A DNA stretch of 64,000 nt, taken from a virus. This document shows positions 27,246 to 37,257 of the stretch, one piece after another; position 1 is the first letter of the stretch; every line of letters begins with the position of its first letter. A program made the position numbers and the translations under genes. The notes below the pieces were generated by a model that did not search any database, was not told the origin of the DNA, and saw only the letters and a list, made by a program, of their open reading frames with translations. The stretch is from positions 9,112 through 73,111 of the IMG/VR virus record IMGVR_UViG_3300044710_000077; one strand, given 5' to 3'.

Positions 27246-29198
27246 CTATGGGCTAATGCCGCCGCCAGCCGTCCAAGTGCTGTCCAGCGCCCCCTGGCCC
27301 TGCGCTTGGTTGTGCAGGGCTGACGTGTGCAGCAGTTCGGCCAGTTCATGGGCGATCTTATTAAGGAACCCGGGCTCGTTCGGGTCCACCTTGATCGTCA
27401 CGTTCATCGTCGTGCCGCTGGCCGGCGCCGCGGTTGCCGTGCTGACAAGCGCGCCGCGCTGGGGCGCGGTAGCGCCGCCCAGCAAATACTTGATGCCTTC
27501 ATAGCTGCCGCCCAAGAACCCGCCGATAGCGGCGCCCGTGGCCGCACCAGGGACAGCACCGGCGCCGACGCCGAACACGCCGCCCAGCACCGCGCCGACG
27601 GCGGCGCCCGGGATGGCACCTTCCGCCATGCCGCGGCCCAACGCGTCGCCAAGCGTGCCCTTGGCGGGAATGCCGCCGAACCTGCCCTGTGACGGCCAAT
27701 TATTGGAAATGGTTTTCAGGATATCGTCGAAGCCCTTAAGCCCGGCAGTCAGGGGCGGCAGCACCACCGTCGCGATATCCATAAGCACGTTGCGCAGGTC
27801 GCCCCACGCCTCGCGCGCCTTTTGAACCGGCGAGTCCTTGTCCAGTTGCTCGAAAATCGGCAGACCGGTTTTGAACCGCGGCATTTCCTGGCGCAACGCG
27901 TGAATCTGCTGCTGCACGACCGGGTCAGCCAGAACGCCGATGCCGCCAGCGCCCTGCTGCCCGAACAGCGCCGACGCTAGGGCGCCGCGTTCGGCCAGCG
28001 GGATTTTCGGCAGGTTCGTCGCCGCGATATCCAGCATTTTCAACAGACTGGGCTTGCCGTCCTCAAACCAAGTCGGTTGTCCTTTGTCGTCGACCAGGCC
28101 GATGGCCTTTAATTCCTTTTCGTGCTTTTCGTAAGCGACCCGGGACATAAGCGACGTGCCGGGCATGGCGCGCTGCGCCATGGCCGAAATCCAGGTGCCA
28201 GCCTTGGTGTTGCGCACGCCGGCGCGCTGCATAGCGCCGACCAGCAGCAGTTCCTCCATCGGGTCGACCTGCATCATGCGCGTGCGGGGAATCGCATAGC
28301 TGGCGGCGCGCTCGATCTGCGGCAGCTTTTCCGGGTCGACCGCCGAGATATAGGCGAACGCATTGGCCATTTTCGCGATGCCGGCCGGGTCGTACACCTG
28401 GAACATATGAGCCAGACCGGTCATGGACTCCATGGCGGTCTCAACCGTGGTGCCCTTGCCCTTCAATTTGGCTTCCGCCGCTGCGGCCTGTAGCAGCCCG
28501 GGCATAACCTGCATGCGCTGGTCGAACGGCATGCCGGCGAACTGGCGAATGCCCGTCAATACCGCTTCCTCAAGGTCGCCGATAGGCGCGCCGGTGCGCG
28601 ACGCTGTGTCTTGTAGCAGGGCCCGGATTTGCGCGCGGCGGGCCCCGGACGTCGACGGGTCCTCGGCGGCGCCGGGGATCGTCAGCATCATGCGCGCTGT
28701 GGCGTCCTCTAACTCGGCTTCCTCGTAAACGCCGTAGGCCAATGCGCCACCGGCGGCCATTGCCGTGTTGCTGCCGCGGAAATACGCGTGGCCGCCCGGG
28801 ATACGGGTCGACAGGCCGGATATATGAAGGGCGCCGGCGCCATGCCCGCGGCGCCATCCGCCGCCGCCTGGATAGCGCCGTCCACCCGCAGGCGGCACAA
28901 CACCCCCGCCGCCAGCACCGCCGCCAGCGCCCGCGGCTTGGCGAATGGCGGGCACGCCGGACGCGGTCGTGCCGACCGTGCGCAGCGCCGCCGCCGCCGC
29001 TGTGGCATTGCGGGTCACCGTCGATAGTTGCCTGGATATGGTTGTAAGCCCCGCGCTGCGCCCCAGGGCGGCTAGTTCTGTCCGGGCCATTTGGATAGCG
29101 TCCGCCAGCGCGCGCGCTTCCTGGGCCAGCCTTGTGATCGTGGGCGTGGCGTCGTCCGTAATTCTAAAAATTGCGCCCACTTCATATGAGGAAATCAC
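27246..29198 (-). CDS. Tape measure protein
   Basis: 650 aa Ala/Gly-rich helical protein, KAGTW, LFGQQG, after tail chaperone. Confidence 0.85.
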   Translation of the reverse strand: MISSYEVGAIFRITDDATPTITRLAQEARALADAIQMARTELAALGRSAGLTTISRQLSTVTRNATAAAAALRTVGTTASGVPAIRQAAGAGGGAGGGGVVPPAGGRRYPGGGGWRRGHGAGALHISGLSTRIPGGHAYFRGSNTAMAAGGALAYGVYEEAELEDATARMMLTIPGAAEDPSTSGARRAQIRALLQDTASRTGAPIGDLEEAVLTGIRQFAGMPFDQRMQVMPGLLQAAAAEAKLKGKGTTVETAMESMTGLAHMFQVYDPAGIAKMANAFAYISAVDPEKLPQIERAASYAIPRTRMMQVDPMEELLLVGAMQRAGVRNTKAGTWISAMAQRAMPGTSLMSRVAYEKHEKELKAIGLVDDKGQPTWFEDGKPSLLKMLDIAATNLPKIPLAERGALASALFGQQGAGGIGVLADPVVQQQIHALRQEMPRFKTGLPIFEQLDKDSPVQKAREAWGDLRNVLMDIATVVLPPLTAGLKGFDDILKTISNNWPSQGRFGGIPAKGTLGDALGRGMAEGAIPGAAVGAVLGGVFGVGAGAVPGAATGAAIGGFLGGSYEGIKYLLGGATAPQRGALVSTATAAPASGTTMNVTIKVDPNEPGFLNKIAHELAELLHTSALHNQAQGQGALDSTWTAGGGISP

Positions 29199-29656
29199 GG
29201 CGCCCGCCCCCCGAGCATGCGGGCGTTACGCGGCGACAGCAACCGCACCGCAGCTTCGCCAAAAAATATCTCAGCGACAGGTTGCGACCGCGACGCCGCA
29301 AGGCCAATGAACGGCCGCGCCGGAATGCGCGACGTTCCCAATTCCTGAAAAAGTGCGATCTGGTCGCCGGACCCGACCACGCCTTCCAAACCGGCCACGG
29401 TATTCTCGACAGACCCGCGCATTTCCCCGGTGCGCAGCAGCGGGTCGGTCGCCGACAGCCGCCCGACAAACCCAAGCCGCGTCTTTTCCGTAATTGTGCT
29501 CGGCGCCAGCGGCGCCCATTCCGGCAGTTCGTGGCCGATGTAGCCGCGCGCTTCCAAGGTTACCGCGTCCAGGGTCAGTTTCAGCGCCGCCGATGCTGCC
29601 GCCGGACTCGCCGCCGCCCCCCGTTCCAGCATGTCGGCGAACTGCCGGAAATCCAT
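29195..29656 (-). CDS. Tail completion/neck protein (HK97 gp10/Mu gpG-like)
   Basis: WAPLAPST, PLLRTGEMRGS, FQELGTSRIPARPF. Confidence 0.8.
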   Translation of the reverse strand: MDFRQFADMLERGAAASPAAASAALKLTLDAVTLEARGYIGHELPEWAPLAPSTITEKTRLGFVGRLSATDPLLRTGEMRGSVENTVAGLEGVVGSGDQIALFQELGTSRIPARPFIGLAASRSQPVAEIFFGEAAVRLLSPRNARMLGGRAP

Positions 29657-29657
29657 G

Positions 29658-29834
29658 TCACGACTCCGTCCGCGGCCAGGACAATTCGCCCGTCCGCCAG
29701 TTTATCAGGCCGCCCGCCTGCTGGTGCTGGACATAGCGGTAAGCCTTACGCTCGATTGACGGCATTGCCAACGCTTCCGCCCAGGTCGGCCTGGCAATCG
29801 CGACGCATTCCTGAAAGTCAGGGCTGCTTATGAT
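29658..29834 (-). CDS. Frameshift extension of the tail assembly chaperone (gpT-like), +1/-2 frame
   Basis: 58-codon open frame after the A9 run ending 1 nt before the next ATG: IISSPDFQECVAIARPTWAEALAMPSIERKAYRYVQHQQAGGLINWRTGELSWPRTES. Confidence 0.65.
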   Translation of the reverse strand: MISSPDFQECVAIARPTWAEALAMPSIERKAYRYVQHQQAGGLINWRTGELSWPRTES

Positions 29835-30402
29835 TTTTTTTTATCGTCGGTAAATCCCGAAGAGTCAGCGGCGGCCATGTCGTGTTGTGCAGCAAATACA
29901 GCACGTCGAGCCCGTCGTCGCCGACCATGTTGGCCAGCTTTTGCGCGTCGACCATGTTGGCGATGGCCGGCACAGGCTTGCCGTCGATTTCCCGGATGCA
30001 AAGCAGGCTGCGCACCACGGCCACCTTAGCCGCGCCGTTGTCGTCGCCGCATATGTCGATAACCCGGAACGTCAGGGCGACGTCTGCGGGCGGCCCGTAT
30101 TTGACCGCGCGACCATTTGGCAGCGTCAGTTCGATAGTCTCGACGGGCTCGCGTGGCGCCGGTGGTGTTGGCTGTTCGGCTTCCTTTGCGAATTGGCCAT
30201 TTTCGCCGCGGTGTCGATTGCGGATTTCCGTGCGCCGCGCTTGGATTTGCGCCGCTTCCTCTGGCGATACGGTGCGCCCCTTATTTTGCAGTTTGGGGGC
30301 GGGCAGCGGCGCCGCACCGTTCTGTACTGGCGCCGACGCATCGCGGAACGTCATGGTGCGCGGCGGATCGGCAGGCGGCGGGTTTTGCGTCGGGTCAGTC
30401 AT
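29818..30402 (-). CDS. Tail assembly chaperone (gpG-like)
   Basis: Between tube and tape measure; IREIDGKPVP, VGDDGL; A9 run near 3' end. Confidence 0.75.
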   Translation of the reverse strand: MTDPTQNPPPADPPRTMTFRDASAPVQNGAAPLPAPKLQNKGRTVSPEEAAQIQARRTEIRNRHRGENGQFAKEAEQPTPPAPREPVETIELTLPNGRAVKYGPPADVALTFRVIDICGDDNGAAKVAVVRSLLCIREIDGKPVPAIANMVDAQKLANMVGDDGLDVLYLLHNTTWPPLTLRDLPTIKKNHKQP

Positions 30403-30424
30403 ACGCTTGCACTTTCAATTATTG

Positions 30425-30922
30425 TCAGGCGACGGCGGCCAAGCCGCTTAGGAACGGGCTGGCACCCCCGCTAATGGTCAGCACCGACGCCGAGAAGCCG
30501 AGCCGCATGTCGACCTCTTTTTCGTGCCGGAAATTGCCGAAACGCGGCTTTTTGATCTGCGCATTGCTGAGTAGATATTCGTCGACCGTGCCGTCACGAT
30601 TCAGCACATTGGTCGTGATCGAAAGCTGCGTAATAAGGCCGATATCGTGATAGGCGTTATAAAGCTCCACGACCATGGCCTGGAAATTGCCGTTGACGCG
30701 GGTAAACATCATGTTCCCCGAATAGCCACCAGGAATCGTCTGGTAGATCGGCCGGCCGCCATTCGTGATCGGGATGATTTTCAGTTCGGTATCCTCGGCC
30801 TCGATGTCAATTTCCATCAAGTGCCCAAGCATCTGCGCGTCAAAAACATCGCCGTAAATATCGGATATCGTTACCGAAATATCGGTCCCGACGTTATAGC
30901 CGGCGAGCGAGAAACTGGCCAT
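30425..30922 (-). CDS. Tail tube protein
   Basis: Follows sheath; AAGGAG RBS; YNVGTD, GYSG...F.R, N.DG.V..Y. Confidence 0.8.
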   Translation of the reverse strand: MASFSLAGYNVGTDISVTISDIYGDVFDAQMLGHLMEIDIEAEDTELKIIPITNGGRPIYQTIPGGYSGNMMFTRVNGNFQAMVVELYNAYHDIGLITQLSITTNVLNRDGTVDEYLLSNAQIKKPRFGNFRHEKEVDMRLGFSASVLTISGGASPFLSGLAAVA

Positions 30923-30947
30923 AGCTTGCTCCTTCAAGCCACCCTTA

Positions 30948-32903
30948 TTAGGCGGCGATTTGCTGCCCCGGCGTCGAGCCGACTGTCACGACGGTTGTGC
31001 CGCCCTGTAGCGCCAAGATGAAGAACCGCACGGTGGAGAGGTACGTCACCCGCACCAGCACATAGAGGAAATGCTGGGCAATCGACGCCGGCGTGTTCAC
31101 GCCGTTGCCGGGCGTCGCCGATTGCGACGCGCTGAACGTGCAGATAACCGAATAGCTGTCGATAATGCCCACGGTGCCGTTCGCGCCGACAAGGCCCTGC
31201 AGGAACGTGTTCAGTTGGTTTTTGACCGCATTGCGCAGCGGGTCGTTCGGCTGCTGGCTTTGCAGCCCGTCGACGAACTGGCCCATGGTGCTGGCGAACG
31301 ACTTGGCCAGGAACACGCTGGTCCGCCACCATTCGACGCCGGCGGTGGCCGCGTTCAGCGACGTGGTCTGACCGACGCGGATGCCGAATTCGCTGCCGGC
31401 CGGGATCGGATTGTAGATGAACATAATTCCGGCGTTGGCCAATTGGCCGATTTCGCCCTGGCTGTACGGGATAGTTCCGCTCGGCGCGACGCGCTCGGTG
31501 CCAAGGACCATGTTCACGGGCTCGTTGCCCGGATTGACCTGCGGCCCGAGCGTGGCAATCGTGCCGCCGATGAAAGCCGTGGGCGGCGACAGGCGCACCA
31601 GCGCATTGACCGGGTCGAACCAGTAAATCCAGTCCTTGACGTAGGCGAAGCCCGGATCATGCACGCCGTTGGTGGCGACCGCGGCGACTGCGGTGGCCGT
31701 GCTGGTCCCGGTAGCAAACGGCACCAGGGCCGTGCAGCCCTCCGTCTGCTCAAACGAGAGCAGCGATGCATTCGCTGTCGGGTCGGTGCAGCCGACCAGC
31801 CAGACGACGCCCACGCCGGGGTTCTGCAAGCGCAAGGCGAACAGGCCCGTGCGCGGGACGGCGGTGTCGGAACCGATAAGCGTTGACGTGGTCACGCCGC
31901 TACGGCCGCTTGTGCCGCCAGTGCATGTCGTGGTCGCCAAGGTCGGTGCGCCCACCGCGGCGTTCGGCGCCGACGCGCGCGCAATCTGGCTGGGCCCACG
32001 CACGCCAGACATGCCGTTATTGATGGCGCTGACCAGCGCCACCCAGAATCCGTTGCCGCCGGCGATGTTCGGGTAGCTTTCCTGGATGCCGAGCGCGGGC
32101 AGGGCGACCAGGGCGGTGAAGCTGCCGGACGACGACCCGGCCTGCATGGTGATTTGCAGCCCGTTGCCGACCGCGCCGGTATAGATGCCAGCCAGCGTCA
32201 TACCGGCCGTGGCGGCCGAGCCGCTGCCCAGCGTCAAGGTCGTGGTCGCGCCGCCGCCGGTGACCGATTCGCTGAACGTCGCCTGGGGCGACAGCGCCGT
32301 CGGCTGGTAAACCTCGAATTCGCCGGACGAAACCGGCAGCGCGACGATGGCCGCCGCAGCCAGCACGGCGTTTGCATTGACCGCCGCCGCAAGGCCGACC
32401 GCACCGGTGGCCAGCGTGTCGCCCGCTTTCATCGTATAGGAAACGGTAATCGGCGAACCGGTCAGGGCCGAACTGGTCACGGTCAGGTTCAGTACGTCGC
32501 CGGTGTGCGCCGTGCCGCCGACCACGACGGTTTCGCCCGTCGACGTGGCCGCGCCAGGCACGGACGCGCTTGCCGCGACGTCGGTGCCGTCTGTCACGCG
32601 CACCGACCATGCCTCTAGAGTTGCCGCGCTGGACGCTTGGCCGAATGCAATGGCCAAGTCGGTGGCGAGGTCGTATTTGTCGGTGAGGGACGCCGCGGAA
32701 ATCGGGCCGAATGCCGTCAGGGCCGCGCTGGCGTTGCCCATATAGACCGGCTGATTGACCGGACCCCAGTCGGCGGTCCCGACAAGGCCGATGACGTCGG
32801 TGGGCACGCCGCGGATAAAGCCGGGCGGGTTCTGGATTTGGATATAGAGGTCGTCGGCCGACAGCGTCGACGGATTGAAATTGCCGGTCTGGATGATGGT
32901 CAT
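30948..32903 (-). CDS. Tail sheath protein
   Basis: DDLYIQI.NP, GLVGTADWGPVN, VRVTDGTD, YTGAVGN, VRVTYLSTVRFF. Confidence 0.9.
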   Translation of the reverse strand: MTIIQTGNFNPSTLSADDLYIQIQNPPGFIRGVPTDVIGLVGTADWGPVNQPVYMGNASAALTAFGPISAASLTDKYDLATDLAIAFGQASSAATLEAWSVRVTDGTDVAASASVPGAATSTGETVVVGGTAHTGDVLNLTVTSSALTGSPITVSYTMKAGDTLATGAVGLAAAVNANAVLAAAAIVALPVSSGEFEVYQPTALSPQATFSESVTGGGATTTLTLGSGSAATAGMTLAGIYTGAVGNGLQITMQAGSSSGSFTALVALPALGIQESYPNIAGGNGFWVALVSAINNGMSGVRGPSQIARASAPNAAVGAPTLATTTCTGGTSGRSGVTTSTLIGSDTAVPRTGLFALRLQNPGVGVVWLVGCTDPTANASLLSFEQTEGCTALVPFATGTSTATAVAAVATNGVHDPGFAYVKDWIYWFDPVNALVRLSPPTAFIGGTIATLGPQVNPGNEPVNMVLGTERVAPSGTIPYSQGEIGQLANAGIMFIYNPIPAGSEFGIRVGQTTSLNAATAGVEWWRTSVFLAKSFASTMGQFVDGLQSQQPNDPLRNAVKNQLNTFLQGLVGANGTVGIIDSYSVICTFSASQSATPGNGVNTPASIAQHFLYVLVRVTYLSTVRFFILALQGGTTVVTVGSTPGQQIAA

Positions 32904-32922
32904 GGGCGCATTTTCCCTGCGT

Positions 32923-34146
32923 TCAGTCCGCCACCTGATATTCGACCACCGGGGCCAGCACGGCGTAAAGCTGGTCGACGGTTGTTACCGCATACTCCAA
33001 AAGAACGAGAAAGTCATGCCGGTAAACGTCCTCTTGGGTATCGTCCTCAAGGTCGTAATCGTTAACCTCAAGGACGCGAATCGGATTGCCTGACGCGTCG
33101 GTTACGCCTGAAAATGTTGCCTGTGCGGTCGCCAGCGCCGTGTCGACCGGGTCGCAAAGCTGCTCGCGCTGCAATTCGGTGCGCGTCCAGGCCACGACCT
33201 GGAACTGGCGCTCCTTGCGAATCAGTTCCATTTCCTGGGTGCCGCCGTTGCCAGCGTAGGACTGCACGGTCAGCGGCGCGGTGGCGATAAGGCTGGTCAG
33301 CGTCACGGCCGGGCCGACAGCGGCAGCCGACAGCCATAGGCTCAAGGTCGCGTCGCCGTTGATGGCCGCCGCCAATTTGGTCGCCATGGTCGACGCTGTA
33401 TCGCCGCCGACGGCGGATACGACCTGCGCGGCCGTCTGCCCCAGGTCGACCTGGTCAAGGCCGATCTGCGCGACGGTGCGATTATTCACCACGCATGAAA
33501 CCGCGTCGCCGACGCCCGGCGTGCCGCCCAGCGTAATCGTTGCCGTGCCGGACGGCTGAATCATACCCGACGCCGGCGCCAGTGCGGTCGTCAGTGTGGC
33601 CGGGACCGCAACCTGATTGTAGGCGTAAGGATTCCAGCGCATGACATTGCGGCCCACCTTGCGGTCGTACACCGTGACCAGCGGCGCGCCGCCCTGGGCC
33701 ACGGCTTGCAGCGCCGACAGCGGCGGCCAGCCTATGCCGATTTGCGGGACCATCTGCGCTTGCGCCAGCCCGACGGTTTCACTGGCCTCGCCCGATACAT
33801 TCGCCGACCACGTCACCGACAGCGTCGGCGCGTAGGTCGCGAACACGTTGGGCGTCGCCCCGGACGCGGTCGCGATGATGCCCGCCGCCCGGATTGCCGC
33901 ATTCGCGTTCAAAGCCCGCGCCAGCCCCGCGCCGACGTTCAGCAGCGTGTCTGTCGGCTTGACGGTGTACGAGACGCTGACCGGCGAACCCGCAATCCCT
34001 GACGACGCCAGGGTCAGCGTGACGGCATCCCCGCCGGTGATCGTGCCACCTATCGTGATCGTTTCCTTGGTGCCGACGACGATGCCGGCCAGGGCTTGGC
34101 TGACCAGCGATTGCAGCGCCGCTTGTGCCCCATGCAGACTCGTCAT
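32923..34146 (-). CDS. Tail terminator/completion protein with two inserted repeat modules
   Basis: IGIGWP, ERQFQV.AW, DVYRHD..LEYA; immediately upstream of sheath. Confidence 0.65.
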   Translation of the reverse strand: MTSLHGAQAALQSLVSQALAGIVVGTKETITIGGTITGGDAVTLTLASSGIAGSPVSVSYTVKPTDTLLNVGAGLARALNANAAIRAAGIIATASGATPNVFATYAPTLSVTWSANVSGEASETVGLAQAQMVPQIGIGWPPLSALQAVAQGGAPLVTVYDRKVGRNVMRWNPYAYNQVAVPATLTTALAPASGMIQPSGTATITLGGTPGVGDAVSCVVNNRTVAQIGLDQVDLGQTAAQVVSAVGGDTASTMATKLAAAINGDATLSLWLSAAAVGPAVTLTSLIATAPLTVQSYAGNGGTQEMELIRKERQFQVVAWTRTELQREQLCDPVDTALATAQATFSGVTDASGNPIRVLEVNDYDLEDDTQEDVYRHDFLVLLEYAVTTVDQLYAVLAPVVEYQVAD

Positions 34147-34385
34147 GCCGGCGCCTCGATAGGCAGCGCGACGCGGCGGCCGTTCCGCCGAATGACGCGG
34201 TAGGTTTTCGGCGTCTGTGCCGCGCGTAGCTCGGCCATCATGGCTTGAAGATTGGCCGCGTGGATTCCGTTCGGCTCGCACACCGGGCAGCGCAGCACGG
34301 GGACGCTGCCATGCCGTATGTCGCGCACCAGCATGGCCTTGGGGTGCTTTTTGCAGAATAGGGGCTGTGGGGTGCGGTCGGTCAT
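34143..34385 (-). CDS. Small zinc-binding hypothetical protein
   Basis: CKKH...CPVC; ATGA coupling. Confidence 0.5.
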   Translation of the reverse strand: MTDRTPQPLFCKKHPKAMLVRDIRHGSVPVLRCPVCEPNGIHAANLQAMMAELRAAQTPKTYRVIRRNGRRVALPIEAPA

Positions 34386-34672
34386 GTGGCCTTTGCGTGA
34401 ATAGACGCGCTCACGCTGACGTTGCCGGCATTAAAGGTGGCGGGCTGACCGTCCAAATGCGTCCAACTTAGCGACCCGTACATGGTCACGGTGACCTGTT
34501 CGCCGTCGGCCGGCTCGCGCAGTAAATTGATGAACGCATTGGCCGCCGCCACCGCGCCGTCTTTGTCCGCAGCGTGATTGGGCTGGTTTGCTACGACTTG
34601 ATCAAATTCGGCCGCCACTTTTGCAGCCGCGTCAGCCTTTGACGTACCCGTGATTGCGAATGAATAGCTCAT
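34382..34672 (-). CDS. Conserved hypothetical protein
   Basis: GAGG RBS; MSYSF...FDQVVANQPNHAAD...GSLSW. Confidence 0.6.
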   Translation of the reverse strand: MSYSFAITGTSKADAAAKVAAEFDQVVANQPNHAADKDGAVAAANAFINLLREPADGEQVTVTMYGSLSWTHLDGQPATFNAGNVSVSASIHAKAT

Positions 34673-34782
34673 AGGATTGCCTCGCATTGTGAAAAACGGC
34701 GTCCGGGGCCGCATTTCAATTGGTGGAATTTGCCAGCCCGGCTCTGGCTCTCTGTTGTCCCAGTCGGGTCCAAATCGGAGTT

Positions 34783-35631
34783 TCATAGCGTCGCCTGCGC
34801 AATCTTGCGGTCGCAAAGCGTCTGCGTCCCCACGACGCCCGCCTCCTGGATATACGGCGACCGCATGACGTAGCGCGCGCCGTCCTCGGTAATCAGCGCG
34901 TCGCCCTCGCGCGCCGAATAGCCCGGCAGCGGCGGGATATACACGAAAAACCGAATGGGCGCGACCATGCCCGGCACGCCGGGGCCGAATACCTTCTCGC
35001 CGCCGCGGTGGTCGGCCACAAGGCCAATCGGCACAAGGCTGCCGACCTGGCCCGCATTCGCCGTGTTCAGCACGTATTGGCCGCCCGTCAGCACCAGCGG
35101 CGTGTCGTTATCGTGAGTCGACGCCCAATATTTGCTGGCGTCCTCGAAAGTCAGCGGCGTGCCGGCCGGCCGGTAAATCGACGCGCAGCGGTCAAGGCGG
35201 ATGCCGACCGACTTGCCGACAGGCTGGTGCAGCGCAAGGCACATGGCCGTAAATTGCTGGGTGCCGGGCAGCGAAGTCGCGCCGGCGCCGTAGCTTACGC
35301 CCGGCACATAGGCCGGGTCGGCCTGGACAAAAATATCCCCCAGCAGAAAGTCCGTCATGTCGTTGACGATTTCGTTTATGATCGCGGCGCGCGGCAGCGC
35401 GAGGGGGATTTTCGTGTCTGGCATTCGGCGGACGAACATGGGGAATGGGCTGAGGCCATGCGACGGAATAACCGTCCAGGCCGTCGGGAAATCGCCCGCG
35501 GCAGACGGCCCAATGCGATACGCGAGATAGGGCTGCCCGAGCTTGGCCGACGCCTTCCCGCGCCCGTAATCGATGTGTCGCTGAACGCTCGAATAATTAA
35601 CGATGGCACACCCCCGGCCCCGAGGCACCAT
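34783..35631 (-). CDS. Head closure/head-tail joining protein (start uncertain)
   Basis: IDYGRGKASAKLG..Y..YR, GDALITEDGARY; follows adaptor gene. Confidence 0.65.
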   Translation of the reverse strand: MVPRGRGCAIVNYSSVQRHIDYGRGKASAKLGQPYLAYRIGPSAAGDFPTAWTVIPSHGLSPFPMFVRRMPDTKIPLALPRAAIINEIVNDMTDFLLGDIFVQADPAYVPGVSYGAGATSLPGTQQFTAMCLALHQPVGKSVGIRLDRCASIYRPAGTPLTFEDASKYWASTHDNDTPLVLTGGQYVLNTANAGQVGSLVPIGLVADHRGGEKVFGPGVPGMVAPIRFFVYIPPLPGYSAREGDALITEDGARYVMRSPYIQEAGVVGTQTLCDRKIAQATL

Positions 35632-36460
35632 GAAACCTTATTACGACCACGCCGGGATTACGATTTGGCACGGCGACTGCATGGCGATTATGCCGTCGCT
35701 GTCGGCAATAGACCTCATATTTACGTCGCCTCCCTACAACCTCGGCAACACGACCGGAGGCGGCTTCCCGGATCGTTTTGGGCACTATCGCAAGTCCACT
35801 GGTCTGTCCGGCAGGGGCGGCGGCGGTAAATGGGGCGGCGGCGAACTTGCGAACGGCTACGGCGCCCATGACGACAACATGCCCCATGCGGAATACGTCG
35901 CATGGCAGGGCGAAGTCCTTGAAGCGTGCTGGCGAACGCTGACCGATACCGGCGCGATTTTCTATAATCACAAACCGCGAGTTCTCGACGGCCAGCTGGT
36001 TCCTCCGCTTGATTATGTGCCTGCGCCGCTTCGACAATTCGTGCGGCAGGAAATCATTTGGAAACGATCCGGCGGCATCAATTTTTCGCCGGCATTCTTC
36101 CTGCCTATGCACGAACGGATATTGGTCATTGCGCGCCGCGACTGGCGGCTGACCAGTAAAGGCGCGTCCGGGGTCGGCGACGTGTGGGATGAACATCAAG
36201 AAACCAGCAATACGCATCCCGCGCCGTTCCCAATCGGACTTCCGGCACGCGCTATTGAAACGACGGCGCCGGCTATTACGCTCGACCCCTTCATGGGCAG
36301 TGGAACGACTCTCCGCGCGGCAAAGGATGCCGGCCGGCGAGCCATAGGAATCGAAATCGATGAGCGATGGTGCGAAATGGCCGCCCGCCGGATGGAGCAA
36401 GAGATTTTGCCTTTCACTATGCAAAATTCATCGCCCCCATTGACTGGGGTTTTGCGGTAG
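35630..36460 (+). CDS. DNA N4-cytosine/N6-adenine methyltransferase (beta class), inverted in the neck operon
   Basis: WHGDC, IFTSPPYN, EIIW, HPAPFP, LDPFMGSGTT, IGIEI. Confidence 0.93.
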   Translation: MKPYYDHAGITIWHGDCMAIMPSLSAIDLIFTSPPYNLGNTTGGGFPDRFGHYRKSTGLSGRGGGGKWGGGELANGYGAHDDNMPHAEYVAWQGEVLEACWRTLTDTGAIFYNHKPRVLDGQLVPPLDYVPAPLRQFVRQEIIWKRSGGINFSPAFFLPMHERILVIARRDWRLTSKGASGVGDVWDEHQETSNTHPAPFPIGLPARAIETTAPAITLDPFMGSGTTLRAAKDAGRRAIGIEIDERWCEMAARRMEQEILPFTMQNSSPPLTGVLR

Positions 36461-37238
36461 CATCTATGGAGCACGGTACACCGAGGAAATCGGCCATCTG
36501 CCGTTTCCACTGCTCATAAAGCGAACGGCGGGCGCCCGCTTCATTGGACCGGCCCTTCCAAACGTCCGCCTGGATGGTGTCCAAGTTTGCCGACGCCGTC
36601 AGCCACGCATTTTCCAGGCCGTCGCAAATCGGCAGGAAGCCGTAAATCGTGTTCACGCCGTCAAGACTGGTATTGGGCGGCACAAAACCACCCTGGGCCG
36701 TCACCGCCGGCGCACACTGGCCGCTAAATGTCGCCGCCATGGTGAACGGCAGCGGCCCGGTAAATGAAACCTCGGGCAGCGGCACCGCCGACTCGGCGAA
36801 TGGACCGGTGCCGTAGGGTGCCAGTCCGATCATGCCGGCGCCGATCATCGCAGCGTTGCCCAGTGCCAAAGCGGCCAACTGATTCGCAAACCACAGCCGG
36901 CCTTCCCCGGGCGGCGTCGGCGTCGGATATGTCGCTGTGATCGTCTGCGGGCTACCCAAGCCGCCCCCGCTGAACACGACGGTAATGCTATCGCCAGGAT
37001 TCGGCGGATTGCCGACGATGGCAATGGCCCCCAGCGCGCCGCCGATTAGCCGGGCTTCCTCGTCGGCCGCCAGATTGTTCATTTTGTATTCGAGCGCGCC
37101 ATATGCCTGGAAATACCGGTAGCCGGCAAAGCCGGACGCCAGCGTGCCGCCGCCCACAGCGCCCGTGCGAATAAGCCCGATTACGGGATAGCCCAGGTGT
37201 CTGCGGATCGATGTCTTTTGCGTCGCCGTCAGCGGCAT
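36417..37238 (-). CDS. Head-tail adaptor-like protein with inserted repeat module
   Basis: LTATQK.SIRRHLGYP, YGALEYKMNNL, ANLDT.QA.VW, R..LY..W...MA.FLGV. Confidence 0.7.
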   Translation of the reverse strand: MPLTATQKTSIRRHLGYPVIGLIRTGAVGGGTLASGFAGYRYFQAYGALEYKMNNLAADEEARLIGGALGAIAIVGNPPNPGDSITVVFSGGGLGSPQTITATYPTPTPPGEGRLWFANQLAALALGNAAMIGAGMIGLAPYGTGPFAESAVPLPEVSFTGPLPFTMAATFSGQCAPAVTAQGGFVPPNTSLDGVNTIYGFLPICDGLENAWLTASANLDTIQADVWKGRSNEAGARRSLYEQWKRQMADFLGVPCSIDATAKPQSMGAMNFA

Positions 37239-37257
37239 GGGCTTTCCCCTTTGCGGG

